Assembly: GCA_047495785.1 (NCBI GenBank)
Contig: JBLDXI010000001.1
Location: 62,001 to 126,000, forward strand
Direction of reading: 5' to 3'
From: Lepidodermella squamata
Lineage: Eukaryota > Animalia > Gastrotricha
DNA length: 64,000 nt
Under the pieces are notes generated by a model. It was not told where the DNA came from, ran no database searches, and saw only the letters and a list, made by a program, of their open reading frames with translations. The position numbers were made by a program, and so were the translations under genes. Shown here piece by piece: positions 54,277-64,000 of the stretch (position 1 is its first letter; each line of letters begins with the position of its first letter).

Positions 54277-55470
54277 ATGAAGGAAAACAAAGCTGTTGAT
54301 GACATATTGGGTTTACTACACGAATGGGATCAAACATCGAAGGACAGAAGGAAAGCTATTTGCGTCGATTTCACAAAATCTTACAATGGAAAAACTGCTC
54401 CGGAGCTTGAATCATCCCTCGCTCAAGCTGCTAGTTTGTTATTAGCTCGTTTCACAGCTTATCTGCGCATTTCCTACATGCACAATCCCAGCGTACCAGA
54501 TCTGATAAATGCTATTGGTGTGTTTCTGAAAGCAGCTGGTGGAGGAGAATATGTGCGAGAGTTTGTTGAAGTTGGTGGAGTTCTCACACTAATAGAAATC
54601 GTCTGCCTACGCCAAGCGGCTGAAAATCACAAATCGGGGGCTCTACATCTATTATATGTGCTGGCTAACTCAGGTCGCAATTATAAGGAGATGATCTGCG
54701 ATGCTTATGGTGTACGAGCAGCGGCGGAATGTCTCGCTCAAGCTCACGAGGATGAAACTCAAGAGAATGCTCGCTTGTTACTTACAACTCTTGCTGATGG
54801 AAATCCGAAATATACCGAACAAGTTTACAGCGCTCTCGTTGCGTTACTTGGCTCGCACAATGCGCGGGCCCAGCACCTCGCCGCCGCTTCCCTAAGACAT
54901 TTGCAGAGTCGAGTGAGCACACTTCATCCTTCTTTAATCCAAGCGACTTTGAATTTGCTAGCGAGCCCTTCTCTGGACGTTCAAACTGAAGCTACGTTTT
55001 TAGTGAAAATGATAGCCAGCCGACCAGATGCCTGTGCATCTATCTTGAGTGGAGTTGTTGGCCTTCTGACGCCAGCTATTCAAATGTCATCGAAAAATCC
55101 GCCAACCTCAATAATAGTCCCACCTCGACCCTGTGACTTGCAGCAAGCCGCTGCTGCAAAAGTCATCCGAACTTTGGCTGAAGAGTCTTCTGAGTTCAGT
55201 GAAGCTTTCTTGCAACTGAATGTAGTTCGCGGTCTTCTCGTAACTATCGGAAACATGGCACATCCGGATGCTCAACGCAAAGCAGCTTTAACTTTGGCAT
55301 TTTTCGTAAGAATGTTTCCTGCCGTTGACGAGGATGTTCGAGAGGCTATGGGCCCCGTGGTTTATGCTGCCTTCATGGCTGACCCTGAAGGTCTTTACAA
55401 CCGCATTACACCCCTGCAAGCCGACGCCCTTGTTCACAACCAAGTCAAACAAAAATTAGCCTTAAAGTGA
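54277..55470 (+). CDS. ARMH1: Armadillo-like helical domain-containing protein 1 (C1orf228)
   Basis: Intronless 397 aa. LHEWD, GKTAPELE, AASLLLARFTAYLRISY, EFVEVGGVLTL, ANSGRNYKEMICDAYGVR and GNPKY all resemble ARMH1. Confidence 0.88.
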   Translation: MKENKAVDDILGLLHEWDQTSKDRRKAICVDFTKSYNGKTAPELESSLAQAASLLLARFTAYLRISYMHNPSVPDLINAIGVFLKAAGGGEYVREFVEVGGVLTLIEIVCLRQAAENHKSGALHLLYVLANSGRNYKEMICDAYGVRAAAECLAQAHEDETQENARLLLTTLADGNPKYTEQVYSALVALLGSHNARAQHLAAASLRHLQSRVSTLHPSLIQATLNLLASPSLDVQTEATFLVKMIASRPDACASILSGVVGLLTPAIQMSSKNPPTSIIVPPRPCDLQQAAAAKVIRTLAEESSEFSEAFLQLNVVRGLLVTIGNMAHPDAQRKAALTLAFFVRMFPAVDEDVREAMGPVVYAAFMADPEGLYNRITPLQADALVHNQVKQKLALK

Positions 55471-56375
55471 TGAAATTTTACGAGGAACTTGACGAAATAA
55501 ATTATTAAAAATAATAATATATTTTTTCGCTGCATTGCTTTTTGCTTATTGACGGATATGCCCTGCTATTTCAGGAGGGTTGCGGTTAGCCTTGTTTTTT
55601 TCATACAGCCCTTTGGCTTAGATCAATCGGCAACATTATACCGTAAAATGGTACAATTTTATACAGGTACAAATTTGAACAATTCACGCACAACGCTTTA
55701 TCTCAAGAACCATAAGGAATTCAGACCTGGGAATTTTTCTAAAAATACTCAGCACTGATTGCTACCACCAAATTTTTTGTAAATTACTTATATCAAAAAA
55801 TCTCCACGTTGCCTTTTACCACGGTGACCACCTTGTCGGCAGCTTACATTCGAGATTCGACTCGATTTTCGTACCAGATATTTGATTTCTCTTTGTTATT
55901 CATTAACTCATATGTGAATGATATTTAATGTCAACTTGGAAACGATGCACATTTCCAGATGAAAATGGTCCCCCGTCCATTTGTTTTGTCGTGGAAATGC
56001 TCAATAATAATGAAAGGGCGCTGAGCGGTACGTGGATTTTACTGCATTCACATCGCTTCAATATCCTGACATTTCGATAGGTATCGCCAACACCTCAGAT
56101 AGCTATACGTTCGGAAATACTTCTTTCCTATTGTTGAGCAACATATTCAAGTACATCTTAGCGACACCAGTCACGGTCGATCGATTTCCAATGCATTAAC
56201 AAGAAAAATAAAAATTGGGTGAACAAAAAGTCAATAATATTTATTCGTCAAAAGCTGTGCCCAGAGATCACATGAAATGTAAAATCGTGCGTAAAAACAG
56301 AACTGTGTTTCAAAAGATGAAATGAGGATGAATAATTATTGCATCGGTTTATTGCTTGAAGATCTGACGAAATGT

Positions 56376-59300
56376 TCACGACCAGAAATCATCGCTAGCC
56401 GATGGCGGGTCGTCTCGGCTTTTCGAACTGACAATTTTCGGCCGACTGCGGCTCGCCAACGGAGCTTCGAACTCCTCCTCGTCGTCATCGTCGTAGGTCC
56501 GCTTCGCCTCTTCGTTCTTACTCGCCGCTTTGTTGGCCAACACCATTTCCATGTACTTTTTAAGCACATCGTCCATTTCCTCGGCCGGGGGCTCCTCAGG
56601 CTTCTTCTGCGGCTCAGGTTCAACAACAGCAGGTGGCGGATCCGCCTTAACAGGGCTTTCAGGCTCATTCTCGTGATGATGAATCGATTCTCGGGCGGCA
56701 GAAATAAACTCGTCCACCTTGTTCAATTCAGGACTAGCGTCTGCTACAGAGTAAGCCGGCGGTGACGATTCAACGCGGCGAGTTTGAGGCACCGGCGGCG
56801 ATTCGAAATGCAGCACGTTTTGCGCTATCTGATGCACGGTGGTTTTCGGCGACTGATCGACGTCTTGCTGGTGCTTGCTCGCGACGGCCTGTTGGCTGTT
56901 CAGCACCGTCGGCGAGAAGAAATTCCCAGCCGTCGGTTGCTGGCTGTCCTCCGGATTCGAGACCTGAGTGTCGAAACGGGTTGGTGTGCGTGGTTCATCG
57001 TACGACGGCTCGATTCGCTTGTGCACCAGTGGAGGAGTTGAGTCACGAGGTTCGAAGTGAACCGTCTCCTGGCGACGTTTTTGGCTACTTTCAGGCCGTC
57101 GCTCTTCAATTTCATAGTCTTGGACATGCCTGCTAGGACGGTTATTCACACTCGATGACGTTGCGGAGTTGGTTGGTGGTGCTGTGGGTTGTTGTTGCTG
57201 AAAAATGTGTTGAAGTGCGCTTTGCACTTCCTGCTGAATCGTCCCAGTAGGAAACACAGAGAACGGTAAGACAGGCGGAGGCGGAGCGACAACCGGAGTG
57301 GGCATCTGCACATTCGACGAGATCAAGTTCCGCTCGATCCGATACTAAAAAATGAAATAAAAAATTACATAACAGAATGAGTAGTCGATTCTTATAGATT
57401 GTTATACAGATATAATTGTTATACATTTTTCTTTTTTCGAAAAGGAACTCCTCCCTCCAACCTCCCCAACAAAAGATTTCAAGATTAATTTAGATTGATT
57501 ATAACTCAGGTAATGAACACGATTATAAAGTTACTATGACTCACATTGGCCCATCGGTGATCTGCATCCGGAATCGACGTGAGCAGGTTGTGAGACTGGG
57601 CGTACTCGTTGCTGCTATACGGGTCGCTGGTTGACATCGGCATTGTCTGCTTCAACTTGGCCAGTACCTTGCTGCTCGCGGGCAGGGACAGCCCCACTGA
57701 AAGACGAACTGGACTGGTGCGTCGGGTACTGGAAGTACACATCGAAGGCGCACCCAGAGTGGCGGAAACAGGCCGGTAAAGAGAACTAGCGGCTGATGAG
57801 CTGGTTGCCTTCGGCGGTGCGTGGAATGCTGATGAGGAAGACGGTCGAATAAATGGAGCATTTGCATGCACTGGTTCTGTGGCTCGGTTAACGGCAAAGG
57901 AAGCTCGGGCAGAGTTGATTCGCTCGATCAATTTCACGGTAGACGTGATCGGCTGGGCAGAGTCAATGGACGCTAAACGCTGATTACAGACACTCTCCAA
58001 TTTCTGTTAATAAAAAATTGTTAATTTAGATTTTCATTACAAACAGGTATTTTTACCGCAGCCTCCAATTCGAGCATTTCAAGCCTTTGTCTAGTATCGT
58101 AAAGATCAGGAAGACCTTCATTCGCCGATCTGGTTTCGGCAATTCTGGAAAGCACTGATTTCGTCGGAGAACTCTCTTTCGCTTCATGCATCGCCAAAAT
58201 CGCGGCAATCGAATTGGACGTGTCAGATTTCGAGTGGTGGGACGATGCAAAAGCAGCTCGACGCTCTGATTGATCCTTCTTTGCAGTGGGCGATGCGACA
58301 AATGACAACTGCTTCCGGTTACTTTTAACCGAGCTCTTCGACGCATTTGCATCTTTCGATTTCGAGACCTTTTTCGTCTTAGGTTTCGGCTTCTCCTCAA
58401 CGCTCGTCTTTTCAACTTGGTTCGAGACGCTGACAGTTGAATCATTCCGTCGAGACATCATTCTTTCGACCATCTAGGAAAATTCAACTTTAAAAATAAT
58501 TCAAATAAATAAAAAAAATCATCCAAACCTTTTCGATGTATTCATGAAGCCTGGCCTCGTCTAGCCCGGTAGCGCTTGCTGGCGCGTGAGCCGAAGAAGT
58601 TGGAGGCTGGGCGGTGTTGAAATTCTCTGATCTTGCAGTTTCAGCGCGCGGATGTCTCTCGGAAATCGAAGTTGAAGTGTCTTTCTTAGAGTAGTGACTT
58701 ATTTGATGTTGCTGTTTCACAGGCGCTAATTCTTCACGAATCAAATTTCTCATTTCGCTCAAAATCGACTCGGCAGATCGCACGGGTTGACTAGCAGGGG
58801 CTGGTCGCTGCTCCTCGACAACGGCTGGTGGCTTCTTATCAACACAAGGCTGCCACGATGGGTAGAGTACTCTGTCGGTAGCATTCGCTTTAACGCTTTC
58901 GTCCAGTTTTACTCGAAGCAAGTGTTGGACAATGCTTTCCAGAGCACTAGCCGCGTTCTCTTTCTTGCTCGGATCGATCGGAATGCCAAGCTGATAAGAC
59001 CCAAGAAATTAAGGTGATTAGGTGGCTTTATAATAAGCACTTACCCTGTTGAGAAGAAGCGATTCGTTTTCATCGACTGGCAACCAAGCGAGGTTAGCTT
59101 CTGCCATGAACACGCTAAAAGTCGCGGGGAAATGGTGGCGGACAAAGCCGGCGACCAGGGCAAGAGAAAGCCGACCCGGGGTACTAGTCAGCATGTCGAT
59201 ATCCACTGCATTTGCCGATTTATTGGCATCAATCAGGTGCGAGAATATTTCACGCCGTAAGTGGGCCTGTAGTGAAAATTCATTTGAAAACATCTAAATT

Positions 59301-59496
59301 GTGATTAATTTGTACCTACCCGAATTTGGTCAAGACGACCAGTCTCACTCAGCATCCTGTAAACACCAGTTACCCGCTGAGATTCTTCATTCTCGTTCTC
59401 TATTATAGCGGAAGGCTGGTGACGAGGGCTTCTTATCGAAGTGTCTGCTTTCGAAGACGGCGACGCACGAAGAATACTTCGCTGCTGTGATCTCAT
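56376..59496 (-). CDS. OFD1/FOP(CEP43)-family LisH centrosomal protein, about 901 aa
   Basis: Exons 59496-59320, 59266-59045, 58990-58529, 58473-58057, 58003-57545 and 57344-56376, all phase 0. TOF/LisH region VYRMLSETGRLDQIRAHLRREIF...GRLSLALVAGFV...TFSVFMAEANL; C-terminal LKKYMEMV...DDFWS. Confidence 0.75.
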
Positions 59497-59670
59497 CTAT
59501 AACAGCTGATTTTCTAGAACACCGTGAATCATTTCAAAGTTTATTCAACACCCTTTTTCAAGATAAATTATTATTTTGTTATTATTTAGCCAGCCAGTAA
59601 CAATGCTGTTAATAAACGCGTGTGAAAGTACATAAGCGGATGACTTCTAAGCATCTTTTGTCCTTTTTCG

Positions 59671-60644
59671 TCACGCCTGGTGGAAACCGAAGTGGAGATA
59701 CAGCAGGAAGAAAACGTGAACAACTGGCATGAAAATGCCGATGCCAAATCGGTGTTCAGGTCTTGCTGCGGCGCGAACAACCGTGCCAACCTGGTAAAAC
59801 CTCGATATAAATGGGGGTCAAATTGCGAATGCAAGATTTTACCATTTTCAGCGTGCTTGGGAAAACAACTAGAGCTGACATAATGTAGAAGAGAATGTGA
59901 TCATGAGAAGTGTGAAGGATAATGCCGCCAAACAGCACGATTGTATGACCGAACAAACCATACCCCTGAAATAAATTCTGATAATGCCATTCAAAAATAT
60001 CCTTCTTAAACTGACTGTTAGTGAAAGGATTTGAACGAGAGATATCGGAATTGTGCACAAGTACGAGATGAGAAAAGAGGCTGCAGAAAATAGCAACCAG
60101 TAGCCAAAACATAGGCCAAGCGCTTCTCCCATTAACGTTCCTTCGCGCTGTTGAAATGATGCATTTCATTTAAAATGTTGAAAACTTCGTAAGAATAGAC
60201 ATACCAGCGTATGATTAGCTGTTTTCATTTCCAGTAAAAGCACGGCTGATAGGGTGAAAATGATCATGATGGGACCATAAAGATCTGGATGGGGCGAGGT
60301 AGCGAACGGTGGAACAGGCCGCAGGGAGTCAACCAGTCGCCGCATGACAGTCTTAGGTTCGACGTCAAAAAGCGGCTTCAAGAAATCTAGATGGCGATAT
60401 ATATCGAGGACTTTCTTCGCCTGGTTCTTGCCTTCCTCCCATACCTGCAACATTTAAAATTATCGGATAAGAAATTATTTCGCTAGAAAGCGCTTACCAA
60501 TTTTCCGACTTGAGATTGAAAGTCTACGGTTGCGCTGTTTCCAGTCGGCTCACCGGGTTGCGCACCAGGCGTGAAAAAAGTTCCAGGCGGAAGTTGCTCT
60601 TGGCCGCCAGCTGTCGTAGGATCGTAGAACAACGGTTGAGACAT
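59671..60644 (-). CDS. YIPF3: Yip1-domain family member 3, 253 aa
   Basis: Exons 60644-60498, 60444-60205, 60147-60016, 59965-59843 and 59790-59671. LDFLKPLFDVEP, DLYGPIMIIFTL, REGTLMG, GYGLFGH and FLLYLHFGFH. Confidence 0.92.
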
Positions 60645-60823
60645 CAATTCGAATTATAATGGTCTAAAAATTCAAACAAGGAAATAATGAAATAATTTTA
60701 TTCTGGTAAGCACGCGTCGGGATCTTTCTACAAATGACACAGCGTGTCGATCGAAAGAAATTCAAGGACATTCAATTAAGTGTGCGGACGCTATGGGGTG
60801 GAAAATCACATGGTTTTAGTCGA

Positions 60824-61145
60824 TTATTTCTTATTTGAAGCTGGCTTTTTAGAGGCGTCGTAGTTCCAAGTTTCTTGGCTAGGTCTTTTCGCTACCGGTT
60901 GCTGCTTACGAAATCGAATGAGGTGGTTTTCAGCTTCGTAGTAAGTGAAAGGGTTATGCTTGATGTACTCCTCGCATTTGTAATGCCATAGAGGTTTGTC
61001 TGTCGGCTTTTGAGTGGCTGTGGTAACATTCCAATAAGTTGACTTATTTATTGATGCGAAATTACTCACCATTTTTCAATCCTTTCGATAGAGCAATGTT
61101 ACGAGAAGCGATTCGAAGTGATGAAAAGACCCGTGGATAAATCAT
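60824..61145 (-). CDS. NDUFV3: Complex I flavoprotein 3 (NDUFV3)-like small subunit, 89 aa
   Basis: Exon 61145-61070 encodes a mitochondrial-type presequence MIYPRVFSSLRIASRNIALSK. Intron 61069-61018. Exon 61017-60824 has YKCEEYIKHNPFTYYEAENHLIRFRKQQP, resembling the NDUFV3 motif YxxxEY...YxxxExxxxxxRxxQP. Confidence 0.75.
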
Positions 61146-62028
61146 TATTATAATTCAATGTAATTATCTAATCGAAAAAATTCAGAAAAATAATGTCTGA
61201 ACAAGGCTGCTGCTCGAGTTACAAGCGGAGTACTTAATTTTTGAGAGCCAAACTAGAGAAATTCTCCAGTCAATAAGAAATAACGGCAAGAACAAAGTAA
61301 ACTGTCCTGTTTAATGGAACATGAAAGAAAGTGAGAAGGCTGCTGGGTATTCGTTATCCAGACACAATCAATAATGAATGTCTATACGCCAAGACCAAAC
61401 ACTATCAAGTTTCAAAACGGCGATGAGGTGGCGCTACTTCGGAAACGTGCTGCAAAAGCCTTGGCATGCCCCCGTACAGAAAGATATGTCAAGCTACGCC
61501 AAGCCTGGTCTTTAGAAGCATCTCCGCAGAGCTCACTTAACGCCACCAAAGCTGCCAAAATGATTCCAACGCGTGGAATCATGACCAAACCCACGGTCAG
61601 AACCCGGTCTGTGTCTTGGCTTAACTACCGCAATCTATAAATAGCGCTGAATACATCACTCTACAGAAAGAAGCAGCTGCAGATCGCGAATGTTAGAGAG
61701 TTGCGGTGAAACTCACGACCTCCCCTGCAATGCAGTGAAATGTTTAAACTAACATAAACACTTACAATACTACAACTGATTCGATATACTTACTTACACT
61801 GTTCGGTGAGCAGTTGTTATTTTTAGCTCTAAGGTTGGGAACTAGGTACGCGAAACAGGATAAATTCCTTCGAATATTAGTATTAGCGTTTCAAAATCCA
61901 TCCAATGACGTTAACAGGCGAACTTCCCGAGTCACCGACTGCCGACCATTATGGATTAAAGATTCGGCGGGCAAAGTTTGCAACTACTTATCTGGCGTCT
62001 GGCGTGTTCATCGCTCTCCAAAGCTTTT

Positions 62029-62068
62029 TTGTTTGACGCTGACATGAGTTGTTTGACGCTGACATGAG
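62029..62068. repeat. Perfect 20-bp tandem duplication
   Basis: ttgtttgacgctgacatgag repeated twice. Confidence 0.85.
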
Positions 62069-64000
62069 CGCACTGAAAGGGAAAAGGAGACCGCTGACCG
62101 TTTGCACAACCAAGGGCTTGGGACTGCCCGCTGATGGCGTTATTCAGCAAAAGTAAGGCCCCTTACAACTGTCGCTCCACTGATATAGTTGCCCTTTATG
62201 ATGATACAATTATTTAGATAATTTACATGCTTATAGATTATGCATGAAAATAAATAGCTGTTGACGATTTTAGTAAAGAGATTTTTTATGCTTGAAAAAT
62301 ATGAGCGGCAAAATTTGAAAATTGATGATGAGAATCGCCATCATCAAAAGCGGTGCCCGGGCCTCCTTTCTAGTTTCGCTGACGAGATTCTGATCTCTCA
62401 TATTTCAGGCGATATTGTGTTCTTCTTTATCAACAACATCAGTTCAAGATCAAGGGTTTTTACTAAAAATTGTTGACAGAATAACTGGAGTTGCTCGAGG
62501 CACCTGATGCGCAAGCGTCAAGCGTTGCAAGATATGGCACTCATCATTATCATCAACGTTGTAGCACACACGACGGCTGCGGCGAGAACTAGCGAATGAT
62601 AGCGGATGGCAGCTAAAAATTGTTTGGGAGGGAAGTCATTTTATGAGACACGACTGCTAAATCCGAGGTCTAAGACGACCTGACCGAAAATGAAAGAATA
62701 AACTGTTGAACTAAATAAAGAATGAATATGGACTTCGCATGGCGGCAGACGAATATTGGCGGACGACAGACGACAATCAAATTTCCATTTCCTCAGTTTC
62801 CACCGAGAATTAAACCACACCAGTTGACATTTACTGAGGAAACATTTAATTGAATTCAAACGAAAACATGAATTCTTCTGTGATTAGAGAAGGTATTCGA
62901 CCACGGCTATAATTTGTGATCATGTGATATAAACAATGCGCGAGTGTTTTGCCGCCTTCGACGAAGAATCACAAATTCACGCAGTCAGATGCTCGCAGTC
63001 GGTAGCGAGTTAGCGCTGATGTTGTTATCTCCAGTTTCGGCCTTAGATGTAAACACAAATTACCTAGCAACAATACGGTTAGGCGATCAGTGATCCTTTG
63101 TTCGAACCTTTTAATTTCATCTGATGGTGGAAATTTCTGATTTTAAATGCTTAACCGCTCGTCATTTATCAGTTCAGTCAAATTTTTCTTTGCTTGATAA
63201 CAAAGTTCCCATGCAAAGAATAAAGAGCTCCGGGGTGATCGAACTAGCTGCCCTTGTGTAAGTGAAACTAGATGAACGATACTGCAATAATAAGTCGTTA
63301 CATCTATCTTGTTTATATCGTGCTTTATGCCAATGCCGAACAAGTACTATTCATTACACATAATTTCTGGTCGACATCCGGGTGGAAGTTTTGGACAGAG
63401 CTGATCTCTCAAATAATGTGTTACAGACAACTTTTTCACCTCAACTCGCCAAATTATTCGAACACGGTTAATAACACTGCCACGTAAGAAAAGCGTTAAA
63501 TTTGTCGGAACGAAGCACCAACACCAGATATTGACGAAGTAATTTGCTTAATCGTACTAATACCAAGCGCGCTTTTGGCGTGCATCACGGCCGGGTGCAC
63601 TGCAACATATAAGCGCAGTATAATGAGGGCTGGTGCGTTCGCGCGAAGACACACGGCGAATACTAGCAAAGCGAGCACCCGTCAAAAAGGCGTCCTTTCT
63701 TTGCAAGCTTACATCTTCCACCCGCGGTTAATAAAGTTGCCGCCGCGCAGCTAAATCGGCGTCTTTTGGATGCCGAGTCGTTGTTTTGTTAACTTGTTGT
63801 ATTGTGTTTTGCGTATCAATTAGCGTTTTGTTTTATGTAAAAGCGCACAACAATAGGCACACCTGATGATGAACAACCTATACACACACCTCCTCAGAAT
63901 GAAACTTTTCTAGACCGCCTGAGCCTCTTGAAAGAAAAATTCTTAATTTTCACTTAAGAATGAAGAACAATTAATTTGCAAGCAATCAAACAAAAAGATG

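Noticed and set aside
61200-61900. Possible extra small gene or snoRNA-host transcript upstream of NDUFV3 (many splice-like signals)
   Set aside because: I could not assemble a consistent ORF or a convincing C/D or H/ACA structure.

Overview
Eukaryotic DNA from a small-genome bilaterian invertebrate. It has GT-AG introns, mostly about 47-71 nt, and no CpG depletion; the exact taxon cannot be determined from this window. All gene identities come from my reading of remembered family motifs, not from database searches. Splicing by hand gives about 22 intact or near-intact protein-coding genes. The first ~29 kb is gene-sparse: the 3' end of HIPK, PACSIN/syndapin, a small LIM protein, SoxD and a KLF, with long regulatory spacers. 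The rest is very dense. It includes three runs of co-oriented genes only about 100-600 nt apart, each with a 3' splice-acceptor-like AG 0-36 nt upstream of the ATG and no clear upstream donor seen. This pattern suggests spliced-leader trans-spliced eukaryotic operons. The runs are (i) F-box>U2AF65>PLEKHA8>SDHC>NOL11-like>GCHFR on the minus strand, (ii) PHF21>FUZ>API5>CHMP5 on the plus strand, and (iii) NDUFV3>YIPF3>OFD1/FOP-like on the minus strand. The ORF track shows only a fragment of a three-exon neuropeptide precursor with CAPA/PRXamide-like layout (pQAWLPRIamide, TTLVLPRTG, ADRNPPSVMMRLamide). Other notable items are nested DNA transposons (Merlin-like inside piggyBac-like) interrupting a mucin-stalk/transmembrane gene, an intact hAT MITE with a perfect 8-bp TSD, and several miniaturised or divergent conserved proteins.
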